A stretch of DNA of 63,446 nt, the filler included. It is 5 parts of 5 records of this genome, joined end to end, with 100 filler letters (N's around TTAATTAATTAA, not from the genome) between each part and the next. Parts side by side here need not be neighbours in the genome. Positions count along the whole stretch, not along the records: positions 17,625 to 39,631 come from SRR20825019_2592; 4 more parts are not named here. One strand, written 5' to 3'. The translations under genes were made by a program, and so were the position numbers. Shown in pieces: positions 17,873-26,847 of the stretch. The notes under the pieces were generated by a model. It was not told the origin of the DNA. It did not search any database and worked only from the letters and a program-made list of their open reading frames with translations. Every line of letters begins with the position of its first letter. Within the stretch, counting starts at the first letter, position 1.

Positions 17873-20185
17873 ATGAGATTACTAATTGCTTTATTGATTG
17901 TATCACCACAACTTTTTGCCCAAATCGGAACGGGGCAGTGGAGATTACACGTTCCGTCTCTTTCAGCTAGAGATGTTGCCACTTCGAATAACAAGGTATT
18001 CACAGCCTTTCAAAATGGTGTTTCTGAGTATGATCTTTCGTCCAACGAACTCTCCGTTTGGGACGCGGTAAACGGACTTTCGGATATTACCGTGAGTTGC
18101 TTGGGGACATCTACGTCAAATAACTCTCTGTTTATTGGCTACGAAAACGGAAACATCGATAAAATTAAAGACAATCAGGTCATCAACATTCCTGCAATTA
18201 AACTAGCGCAAATTCAAGGGTCAAAAAAGATCTATTCAATGCGCGAATATCAAGGGCACATTTATGTGGCAACAGGTTTTGCGATTGTAAAAATTGACCC
18301 AATAAAAAATGAAGTGCGCGATACGTATTATCCAACGGATGGAAATACTGCCATTATTGACGTTGCTCTTTTTAACGATACAATTTATGCGTTAACAAAA
18401 GATAGAATGTATCGCGGGTATTTGAATAATGTGGCACTAGCAAGTTCTTCCCAATGGACGACGGATAGTAGAGTTCCATTACTTACAGCCGACAATTACC
18501 AAGAATTAGAATATTTGAACGGGGAATTATTTCTTCTGCTTCGTGCAGATGCGTACGGAGTGGATTCCGTTTTTCAAGTAACAAATGCCGGGCTCGTAAA
18601 TACAGTGAGTGAATCCTTTCCAATGGAAATTAATTCAATAAGTGTGGTCAATAATCGTCTAGCCTTCAATTATATTGGGGCAACGGTAGTTTACGAATCG
18701 AATTTCTCTTACCACGAGTTAATTGTAACTACTTCCGGGTTCGACCTGAACCCAAAGAATGTGATTTATACAGCCGATAGTTACTTTGTGGGAGACGGAA
18801 ATAATGGGTTGGTGAAAGCAAAGAACGGTGGAATGGAACGAATCTCGTTTTCTGGGCCACCAAGAAATGATTTTTATGCCTTAGATTGGCAACGAGGTAA
18901 GCTTGCAGCAGTTTGTGGTGGAATTACAGGAATCACACAGAACTATAATTTTAGAGGGTTGTACACCTTCGAAAACGAAGAATGGCAATTGAAGGACCGA
19001 GACAATATGACGCTTTGGGGTGGTGGGGCAAATATCTATGATTACCTCTCTGTTGCTATTAACCCAAATAATAAGGAAGAAATGGCGGTTGGAACGTTTT
19101 CCTTTGTGCCTCTCTCGCTTATAGATGCTTCGGGGGTGGTGGTGGACACTCTTACTCCAACAAACTCAATTCTTGAAAAAACGAATGTTGGAATTGGACA
19201 GTCAATGGTGTCTGGTTTGCAATACGATGATGAGGGGAACCTTTGGATTTTGAATGGTGGCGGAAACAAACCATTGAAAGTAAAAATGGCAGATGGAAGT
19301 TGGCAGGAGTTTGATTTTGGACCAAAGGCAAAAACCAATTACTCTGGACGTTTGGTGATCGATTACAATGGTCATAAATGGTTTGGGATAAGAAACAATG
19401 GACTTTTTGGACTGAACGATAACGGAACTCCAATGGATATCAGTGACGATCAGTATATTGAAATTAATTCTGGAGGATCGACTGGAGATTTACCTTCGGA
19501 TGAGGTGACGGCAATCGCTGTTGATTTTGACAATGAAATTTGGATCGGTACGGACGCTGGTTTCGCGATTTTATATAATTCGGCAAGTGCATTTGGTGCG
19601 AGTCCAGGAACATACAACGCACAGCAGGTGAAGTTGGATTTCGAAGGAAACGTTGAAATTTTCTTGGGAACGACCCACGTAACCGACATTGAAGTGGATG
19701 GTGCCAATCGAAAATGGTTCGGAACGGCCAATTCAGGAATCATTTTGGTATCTGCAGATGGTCAAGAAATTATTGAGCAACATACAATGGAGAATTCTCC
19801 GCTCATTTCGAATGTGATTCTTGATTTGGAGATAGATCAAACAACAGGAGAATTGTTCATCGTTACTGATCTTGGATTGGTTTCGTACCGAACGGATGCG
19901 ACGTATGAAGATCCCACTTACGAAAGCGTGAAAGTGTTTCCAAACCCGAAACGCCCAGATTTTGATGGACCTATCACAATTCAGGGAATAAAATACGATT
20001 CTGATGTGAAAATAACTGATGTTGCTGGAAATGTTGTGTATAAGACAACCTCTAACGGGGGAACAGCGACGTGGGATGGAAAAACATTACTCGGAGAACC
20101 TGCAGCAACGGGCGTGTATCTTATTTGGACCGCTCCTAATGCGGGAAAAGGGAGAAAAGTAGGGAAGGTGCTCATCGTGAATTAA
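17873..20185 (+). CDS. porZ: T9SS component PorZ-like beta-propeller protein with C-terminal sorting domain
   Basis: Signal peptide then QIGTGQWRLH; propeller repeats (IAVDFDNEIWIGT, IEVDGANRKWFGT); CTD VFPNPKRPDFDGPITIQG..VKITDVAGNVVY; directly upstream of recO as is common in Bacteroidota. TATTTTTG promoter motif at 17832-17839. Confidence 0.8.
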   Translation: MRLLIALLIVSPQLFAQIGTGQWRLHVPSLSARDVATSNNKVFTAFQNGVSEYDLSSNELSVWDAVNGLSDITVSCLGTSTSNNSLFIGYENGNIDKIKDNQVINIPAIKLAQIQGSKKIYSMREYQGHIYVATGFAIVKIDPIKNEVRDTYYPTDGNTAIIDVALFNDTIYALTKDRMYRGYLNNVALASSSQWTTDSRVPLLTADNYQELEYLNGELFLLLRADAYGVDSVFQVTNAGLVNTVSESFPMEINSISVVNNRLAFNYIGATVVYESNFSYHELIVTTSGFDLNPKNVIYTADSYFVGDGNNGLVKAKNGGMERISFSGPPRNDFYALDWQRGKLAAVCGGITGITQNYNFRGLYTFENEEWQLKDRDNMTLWGGGANIYDYLSVAINPNNKEEMAVGTFSFVPLSLIDASGVVVDTLTPTNSILEKTNVGIGQSMVSGLQYDDEGNLWILNGGGNKPLKVKMADGSWQEFDFGPKAKTNYSGRLVIDYNGHKWFGIRNNGLFGLNDNGTPMDISDDQYIEINSGGSTGDLPSDEVTAIAVDFDNEIWIGTDAGFAILYNSASAFGASPGTYNAQQVKLDFEGNVEIFLGTTHVTDIEVDGANRKWFGTANSGIILVSADGQEIIEQHTMENSPLISNVILDLEIDQTTGELFIVTDLGLVSYRTDATYEDPTYESVKVFPNPKRPDFDGPITIQGIKYDSDVKITDVAGNVVYKTTSNGGTATWDGKTLLGEPAATGVYLIWTAPNAGKGRKVGKVLIVN

Positions 20186-20186
20186 G

Positions 20187-20879
20187 ATGAAGGGAAATGC
20201 TCTTGGAATTTTTCTCTACCGTGTCAATTATTCGGATACAAGTTTAATCGTTCACTTTTACACCCGCGAATTTGGACTTAAAAAGTTCATGTTTAAAGGT
20301 GGAAAGAAGAAGGGTCACTCGCTGTTTCCAATGGCAATTTGCGATCTTTCTTTTTATGGGAGACAAGACAGCAACCTGCTCAGTCTGAACAATGCCGATC
20401 CTATGAATGGATTGTCATTTCAATTTGATGCAATTCGATCGAGCATTGCGTTTTTTATGGCGGAAGTAGTCAGAAAATGTGTTATTGACGACGAAAAGGA
20501 CGAAGTGTTTTTTGACCGACTTTCTGAAGCAATTACAATGCTAAACAAGCGGGAAGACTGTCAATTACTTCCTCTTGAGTTTATTTTAGCGATGACGGAG
20601 TTGATGGGGATTCAGCCCTTAATCTCCGAAGAGAATGCGGAAGTCTTTAATTTGGATGACGGTGTTTTCGAACATCGATCGCCTAGCCATATTCGAAGTG
20701 CAGAGGGGGAACCAGTGCAATTAATCCTTGATTTGTTAACGGAGAAAACACCGCGAACAACAACAAAAATGGTAAGAGAGCAAGCGTTGGATCTTATGCT
20801 AAATTACTTTCGCATTCATGTACCAAAATTCGATCAACTTCAATCCTATGAGATTGTGAAAGAAGTACTAAGAGGATAG
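20187..20879 (+). CDS. recO: DNA repair protein RecO
   Basis: N-terminal GIFLYRVNYSDTSLIVHFYTREFG OB-fold pattern; C-terminal LLNYF..H..L.SYEIVKEV-like ending of Bacteroidota RecO. Confidence 0.85.
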   Translation: MKGNALGIFLYRVNYSDTSLIVHFYTREFGLKKFMFKGGKKKGHSLFPMAICDLSFYGRQDSNLLSLNNADPMNGLSFQFDAIRSSIAFFMAEVVRKCVIDDEKDEVFFDRLSEAITMLNKREDCQLLPLEFILAMTELMGIQPLISEENAEVFNLDDGVFEHRSPSHIRSAEGEPVQLILDLLTEKTPRTTTKMVREQALDLMLNYFRIHVPKFDQLQSYEIVKEVLRG

Positions 20880-20894
20880 ATAAACCTTTGGAAA

Positions 20895-22613
20895 CTAGTT
20901 CTTCTTCAATTCTTTGATGAAGACCTCTCCCAAATTGATCGATTCCATTGAGTTCGCTTCAAAATTCCTAATTCGCGCATTCAACATAACGATATGATCA
21001 TCAGTTAAGATTGGAAAAACAGGTGCTTGATCCACAATTATTTGATCACACTGCTGCAATAAAGCATTTCTTTTGGCTGGATTATTCTCCACTTGTGAAG
21101 CCTCGAATAAGCGATCAAACTCAGCATGTCTAAAATTGAAAGAATTCACCATAGAAAGCTGAGGATTGGCATTTCCACTATGAAAAAGGTTAAGGAAGTT
21201 ATCTGGGTCTGGATAATCAGCAATCCACCCAGCTCGCCAAATTTTTGCAGAACCATTCGCAATTGCCACTCTACGCTCTTCTATTGTACAAAGCTTAACG
21301 TTGAGGTTCACATTCAGCACTTCTTTCAATTGTTTTGCCACAGCTTTTGCCGAAATATGTTCAGAAGAACCTTCCTTCCCGTTTACATAAAAATCAAGTG
21401 TTGGAAACCCTTTGCCGTTCGGATAGCCTGCGCGCGCCATTAAAGTCCTTGCCATGTCAGGGTTGTATACTGGCCCCTTTATTTTGTTATTGTCATAATC
21501 CGCCATCTCAGGGACGAATCCGCGCAGTGCTGCCCAACCTTCTCCTTGCAAGTACTTATCTACAATTTCGGTTCTGTTAATTGCATGGTTGAATGCCTGA
21601 CGAACTTGAACGTCTGAAAATTCTTCACTTTGCACAGCCGTCGCCACATAGTTAACATTGAGACTCTTTTTAGTGTCTACTTTATGCTTAATGTTTTTTC
21701 CTTCTTGAGCATCTTTCAATGAGCCGAGAATGTTGTTAATCTCGTCAACAGGAATTTCAAGAACCATGTCTACTTCACTTTTTCTGAATGCCATTAGTTC
21801 ACTTCGCTTATTCTGAGAATAAGTAAGAATTACTTTTTCTAAAAATGGAAGTTGGTTCCCAAATTCATCTTTTTTCCAATATTCTGGATGCCGTGTCAAC
21901 ACAATTTTGTCATCGCTTTTCGATTCAAGAGCGAAAGGACCTGTGCCAAGTGGATGATTGTTAAAATCCTTCGTATAAGCTTCGTACGCTATTTTAGAAA
22001 TGATTCCAAGACCAACGTGAGCAATGATTCGCTCGAAACTTCGAACCTCGTTATTCAATTTAATCTGGATCGTGTAATCGTCAATCACCTTAATTCCAGA
22101 AATTCCGCTTTTTGGCATGGAACTCTTCGACTTTTCGAAAAAATCAACAGCACCTTGAATCCTGTTTTTTAATAAGTAGCTTACTTGATTCTTCTCAAGA
22201 CCAGAGCAAGCAAGTTCCAAGGTGAATTTAACATCGGATGCCGTTACTTGGCGATCTTTGTCTTTAAAACATGGATCATCGTGAAAAAGAACCCCTTTTC
22301 TAATTACAAATGTGTATTCCGTTCCATCGTCGCTCACTGAATAGCTTTCTGCAATCGCTGGTATAACTTCCAAGTCTGCACCTTTGTAGGTAAGAAGAGG
22401 TTCGAAAATTTGGGATACAATCCGAGAGGAATATTGGTCGGCCGTGAAGGTGGGAATGAAGGTAGATACTTTTTCGGAAGACATAAACCGAAATTCTCCG
22501 CCGTATTTCCTGCCGCCCTTCGCAACGAGGTCTTCGATAGACACTGTAGAGTCACCGCAGCCAACGAGGACAGAAAAAATCAAAAGAAAGGCGCTAATGT
22601 AGGAGTTTCGCAT
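20895..22613 (-). CDS. Family 5 (peptide/nickel-type) ABC substrate-binding lipoprotein, orphan
   Basis: Lipobox LVGC; YTFVIRKGVLFHDDPCF, VTASDV, GTGPF, VRQAFNHAINR and WIADYPDPDNFL motifs. Confidence 0.88.
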   Translation of the reverse strand: MRNSYISAFLLIFSVLVGCGDSTVSIEDLVAKGGRKYGGEFRFMSSEKVSTFIPTFTADQYSSRIVSQIFEPLLTYKGADLEVIPAIAESYSVSDDGTEYTFVIRKGVLFHDDPCFKDKDRQVTASDVKFTLELACSGLEKNQVSYLLKNRIQGAVDFFEKSKSSMPKSGISGIKVIDDYTIQIKLNNEVRSFERIIAHVGLGIISKIAYEAYTKDFNNHPLGTGPFALESKSDDKIVLTRHPEYWKKDEFGNQLPFLEKVILTYSQNKRSELMAFRKSEVDMVLEIPVDEINNILGSLKDAQEGKNIKHKVDTKKSLNVNYVATAVQSEEFSDVQVRQAFNHAINRTEIVDKYLQGEGWAALRGFVPEMADYDNNKIKGPVYNPDMARTLMARAGYPNGKGFPTLDFYVNGKEGSSEHISAKAVAKQLKEVLNVNLNVKLCTIEERRVAIANGSAKIWRAGWIADYPDPDNFLNLFHSGNANPQLSMVNSFNFRHAEFDRLFEASQVENNPAKRNALLQQCDQIIVDQAPVFPILTDDHIVMLNARIRNFEANSMESINLGEVFIKELKKN

Positions 22614-22682
22614 GGTGTAATTGATGGTAGTCTAACGAGTAAAGATAGTAAAAACGTCGTACGAAGCAGTTGATTAAACGGT

Positions 22683-23660
22683 TTATTTTATTCCATAACC
22701 TACTTTCGAACGTACCCTATTAAGTACGTCTTTTGCGATTTTTTGGGCTCTTTCTTGTCCAATTTTTAATGCGGCTTCTATTTCCTCTGGATGTTCCATC
22801 AAATGATTGTACTTAGCTCTCGCTTCGGAGAATTTGTCTAAAAGCACTTCGAAAAGAGCTTGTTTTGCATGACCATAACCGTAACCTCCTGCGAGATAAT
22901 TTGCGCTCATTTCAGAGATTTGCTCTTCTGACGCAAGTAAGCGGTAAAGCGCGAAGATGTTGCACGTTTCCGGATCTTTTACATCCTCTAACTCTCTAGA
23001 ATCTGTCGCAATGGACATTATTTGTTTTCGCAATTGCTTTTCTGGCAAGAATATATTGATGAAATTATTCCGTGATTTACTCATTTTCTCACCATCCGTT
23101 CCTGGGATTTTTTGAGTGCTTTCCTGAAAACGAACTTCGGGAACAACAAACGTTTCTCCCATCAGATTATTAAAACGGTTGGCAACGTCACGTGTGAACT
23201 CCAAATGTTGTTCTTGGTCTTTTCCAACAGGGACAAACTCAGCATCATACAGTAGAATGTCCGCAGCCATGAGCATGGGATACGTAAATAAACCACTGTT
23301 CACATCTTCTAAACGATCCGCCTTGTCCTTAAAGCTGTGCGCAAGCATTAGACGCGAGTAAGGAAAATAACACATTAAGTACCAAGAAAGTTCGGTTACT
23401 TCAGGGACATCACTTTGTCTATAGAACACCGTTTTTGTTGGGTCAATTCCAAACGAAAGCCAAGTAGCTGCAGTAGATAGAGTGTTGTTTCGCAACTCCT
23501 CACCATCTTTGATCTGTGTTAGCGAATGCAAGTCTGCGATAAACAAAAATGAATCGTTTGCTGGATCTTGCGCCATATTAACCGCAGGAAGAATTGCACC
23601 TAGAATATTTCCTAAATGCGGTGTTCCTGTACTCTGTATTCCCGTTAGAATGCGTGCCAT
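22683..23660 (-). CDS. trpS: Tryptophan--tRNA ligase
   Basis: ILTGIQSTGTPHLGN (HIGH), YPMLMAADILLY, VPVGKDQ and KMSKS. Start moved to 23660. Confidence 0.97.
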   Translation of the reverse strand: MARILTGIQSTGTPHLGNILGAILPAVNMAQDPANDSFLFIADLHSLTQIKDGEELRNNTLSTAATWLSFGIDPTKTVFYRQSDVPEVTELSWYLMCYFPYSRLMLAHSFKDKADRLEDVNSGLFTYPMLMAADILLYDAEFVPVGKDQEQHLEFTRDVANRFNNLMGETFVVPEVRFQESTQKIPGTDGEKMSKSRNNFINIFLPEKQLRKQIMSIATDSRELEDVKDPETCNIFALYRLLASEEQISEMSANYLAGGYGYGHAKQALFEVLLDKFSEARAKYNHLMEHPEEIEAALKIGQERAQKIAKDVLNRVRSKVGYGIK

Positions 23661-23724
23661 TTTACTTAAGTTTGCCCGAAAATAGTGAATTGTGTTCAAT
23701 TTAGTGTGCAAGAGAGAAAGTTCC

Positions 23725-23732
23725 TATCTTTG
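23725..23732 (+). promoter_or_regulatory. Bacteroidota -7 promoter element
   Basis: TATCTTTG matches TAnnTTTG and ends 4 nt before the plsC ATG. Confidence 0.6.
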
Positions 23733-23736
23733 AGCA

Positions 23737-24498
23737 ATGAGAAAAGTGTTTGGAATTTTGTCTCTCTGCTGGAAAGTATATATTGGGATCATTTTCTTGA
23801 TAACAGCCCTTTTCTTCTACCCGATCATTTTTCCGTTCTTGTTTAGTGAGAAAAATAAAAAGAGATCATTCCGCATTTTCGTTGTTTGGAGTTGGACTGT
23901 TAGAATCTTTTGTTTTTATTTCGTTCGAAGAATCAACAGAATTGTTCCTCCGAAAGGACCTTACCTCATTGTTGCCAATCATATTTCATACTTAGATATT
24001 TTCCTGATGTATTCCTTGCTTCCGAATCATCCTTTTCTGTTCCTTGGCAAAAGCGAAATCCTTAAATATCCTTTGATTAAAACCTATTTCAAAAGGTTGA
24101 ATATTCCTGTATATCGTGAAAATAGATTGAAAGCTGCGAAATCATTGATTCATGCGTCACGAGAAGTGAAAAACGGATGGGGCTTGGTGATCTTCCCAGA
24201 AGGTAAAATTCCAGACGAGAATCCGCAAATGGCAAGGTTCAAAGGTGGGGCGTTTCAGTTAGCGAAAAACCTGAATGTACCAATCGTGCCATTGACGTTT
24301 TTGAATAACCATTTACTTTTCTCAGATCCTACGCTCGTGCTTGGTCCAGCAAGACCTGGAATTAGTAAAGTGTACATGCACGATCACATTTCCTCAGAAG
24401 AAATAAAGCAGATGACGCAGGACGAACTCGCCAAACATTGTCAACGAATTATTGAAGGACCTTTGTTAAAAGAGTATCCAGAATTAAAAACTACCTGA
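23737..24498 (+). CDS. plsC: 1-acyl-sn-glycerol-3-phosphate acyltransferase family
   Basis: NHISYLD (HxxxxD) and IFPEG motifs; N-terminal TM segment. Confidence 0.88.
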   Translation: MRKVFGILSLCWKVYIGIIFLITALFFYPIIFPFLFSEKNKKRSFRIFVVWSWTVRIFCFYFVRRINRIVPPKGPYLIVANHISYLDIFLMYSLLPNHPFLFLGKSEILKYPLIKTYFKRLNIPVYRENRLKAAKSLIHASREVKNGWGLVIFPEGKIPDENPQMARFKGGAFQLAKNLNVPIVPLTFLNNHLLFSDPTLVLGPARPGISKVYMHDHISSEEIKQMTQDELAKHCQRIIEGPLLKEYPELKTT

Positions 24499-24530
24499 TA
24501 TTTCAATGCGATTTTTGTAATTTTGAGGCG

Positions 24531-24824
24531 ATGAAAATATCAGAAGAAACGGTTGATCACATTGCGCACCTTGCTCGTTTGGAGTTTGAAGGAGAACGCA
24601 AAGTAGAAATGATGGCGAGTTTAGAGCGCATAATTTCTTTCATGGATAAATTGCAGGAAGTAAATACGGACAACGTTGAACCACTTATTTTCATGTCTGA
24701 AGAGGTGAATGTTCTCCGCGATGACGTAAGTGAAGTTACACTAACGCAAGAAGAAGCTTTGCGCAACGCACCAAGAAAGGACTCGGATTACTTCAGAATT
24801 CCAAAAGTGTTGGATAAGAAATAA
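24531..24824 (+). CDS. gatC: Asp/Glu-tRNA amidotransferase subunit C
   Basis: VDHIAHLARLE, VEPL, LRDD and NAP...YFRIPKV; TAATTTTG promoter motif at 24518-24525. Confidence 0.93.
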   Translation: MKISEETVDHIAHLARLEFEGERKVEMMASLERIISFMDKLQEVNTDNVEPLIFMSEEVNVLRDDVSEVTLTQEEALRNAPRKDSDYFRIPKVLDKK

Positions 24825-24870
24825 TTCAATTCAGTCCGAACGGAAAACAATCAGTTCTATTTACAATTAA

Positions 24871-25650
24871 TCAATAACGATACTTCGATTTCGAGTAATC
24901 TGGTGTGAATTTCTCACTGTCGAGCTCGGGAAACTGAGGATCCATCTTTTTCAATGTGTCCACAAGAATTTGCGCGCTTGCACGCAGCTTAGTCCAATTG
25001 TGATCGCACGGAATAATGTGCCATGGAATCTCGCCACACCGATCAAAAATTCGCTCATACACGGGAATAAAATCATGCCAGCGATCTCTGGTTTCCCAGT
25101 CGCCATCGCTGTGCTTCCAATGCTTTTCTTTCGTATTGATACGCTCTAAAAGTTTTTCCTCCTGTTTCTCATAGCTAACATTTAGGTAGAATTTCAGTAC
25201 CGTCGTTCCGTTTTCTTCCAAATGTTTTTCAAATGCGTTGATTTGATCGTACCGTTTTGAAATCGTCTCTTCATCCATATAACCATATACGGAAGGAACT
25301 AAAATGTCTTCATAATGTGATCGATTAAACACGGTGATTAATCCTTTTTCAGGAGTACACTTGTGAATTCTCCAGAGGAAATCGTGAGCAAATTCTTCGT
25401 CAGTAGGCTTTTTGAAAGAATGAACGTTCACCCAAGCTGGACTTACTTCTTTGAAGAGTGTTCTTGTCAACCCATCTTTTCCCGAGGCGTCCATCCCTTG
25501 TAAAACCAAGAGAATACTTCGTTTTCCTTCTGCGTAAAGACGTTTTGTATATTCGTAAATATCATCCAATAAGTCTTTCGTCTCTTTGGCTGAAGTGTCC
25601 TTCTCCCAGTTTTCCGGGCCGTTCGGTGAGTGATTCGCTAATAATTGCAT
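24871..25650 (-). CDS. ppk2: Polyphosphate kinase 2 family protein (single domain)
   Basis: QGMDASGKDG Walker A, FKKPT.EE.AHDFLWR, FNRSHYEDILV and PWHIIP motifs. Confidence 0.92.
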   Translation of the reverse strand: MQLLANHSPNGPENWEKDTSAKETKDLLDDIYEYTKRLYAEGKRSILLVLQGMDASGKDGLTRTLFKEVSPAWVNVHSFKKPTDEEFAHDFLWRIHKCTPEKGLITVFNRSHYEDILVPSVYGYMDEETISKRYDQINAFEKHLEENGTTVLKFYLNVSYEKQEEKLLERINTKEKHWKHSDGDWETRDRWHDFIPVYERIFDRCGEIPWHIIPCDHNWTKLRASAQILVDTLKKMDPQFPELDSEKFTPDYSKSKYRY

Positions 25651-25655
25651 AAGTT

Positions 25656-26723
25656 CTATTTTAGAATAATGTAAACAGGAAGATGATCCGAAAATCCACC
25701 GTAGTATTTGTTACCACCATAGGTTGCACTGGGTTTTTGTCCACCATCAGAATAGGTAAATATAAGCGGATCTTCTCTCATAATAACCGCGTTGCGATTT
25801 TCCATTCCGATTCCCGAAGAACCATCATACAACGATTGCGATACAATGATTTGATCAACCACACTCCACTTTCTGTCGTGAACGGAAGTTCCTTTTCCTT
25901 GAGCGTGATCATCATAAAGTAGATTGATTAAGTCTCCCTCGGATTCGTAACCAGATTCTTTAGCGCGAAGAATATTCTCGACACTTTTATCTGTTGGATG
26001 ATCATTAAAATCGCCCAAAATAACAATGTTGGCACCTGAGTCGAGTAAGAGAATCTCATCTACCTTCTCACGTAAGATTTTTGCCGCTGCCATGCGTTTA
26101 TGTTCAGTTTCTAATTGTCCTTCTCTTCTGGAAGACCAGTGGTTAACAAAAACATGCGTTTCAATCCCACCGGAAAACACTCCTTTGACATAAAGAATGT
26201 CGCGCGTCAAATAATTTGGATTATCGTCTAGACGAACCGGATATTTTGTGCTTTGAGTAACTTGAAATACCGATTTGTCATAGAGCAAAGCGCAATCAAT
26301 TCCTCGTCTATCTGGAGAGTCGAAATGTACAATTCCATAATCGATGGTTGCCAGTTTTCCCGTTTTTGACAAGTCTTCCAATACCGTTCTGTTCTCTATT
26401 TCTACCAAACCGATTAAAGCTGGGAGTTTATTTAGATAGGACATTACCGTTTCAATTCTTTCCAGTTTCTTACGATAACGCGTTTCGTCCCATTCTTTAT
26501 ATCCTTGAGGCGTGAATTCATTGTCTTCCGTTCTGGGATCATCTTCCGTGTCGAAAAGGTTCTCAACGTTGTAAAAGAGAATGGGTCTACCAGAAAAAGA
26601 CTTAAGATCGTGCATTTTAGTTTGAGTTAATTCGTTTTCAAGAGAACTTTCTTGAGTACAAGAAGACAATACAAGTAGCGAAGTGAGTAAAAACAACAAT
26701 GGTTTCCATTCCAATAATTTCAT
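25656..26723 (-). CDS. Endonuclease/exonuclease/phosphatase family lipoprotein (putative extracellular nuclease)
   Basis: Lipobox LSSC; FYNVENLFD, VNHWSSRR, GDFND and GGFSDHLPV motifs. Start moved to 26723. Confidence 0.88.
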   Translation of the reverse strand: MKLLEWKPLLFLLTSLLVLSSCTQESSLENELTQTKMHDLKSFSGRPILFYNVENLFDTEDDPRTEDNEFTPQGYKEWDETRYRKKLERIETVMSYLNKLPALIGLVEIENRTVLEDLSKTGKLATIDYGIVHFDSPDRRGIDCALLYDKSVFQVTQSTKYPVRLDDNPNYLTRDILYVKGVFSGGIETHVFVNHWSSRREGQLETEHKRMAAAKILREKVDEILLLDSGANIVILGDFNDHPTDKSVENILRAKESGYESEGDLINLLYDDHAQGKGTSVHDRKWSVVDQIIVSQSLYDGSSGIGMENRNAVIMREDPLIFTYSDGGQKPSATYGGNKYYGGFSDHLPVYIILK

Positions 26724-26847
26724 AGTAACCTTAAAGTTAAAAAAAGTCCTGTTGTAACGCCTTTGTTTGATTTTTAACAAGTTTATTTGCTCTTTAGGGG
26801 CAAAGGGCGTAATTTGCGAGTTCAAAATAAAAATAATAACACTACTT

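Noticed and set aside
24531-24824. gatC without gatA/gatB as an anomaly
   Set aside because: Dispersed gat genes are ordinary in Bacteroidota, and only one contig is visible.
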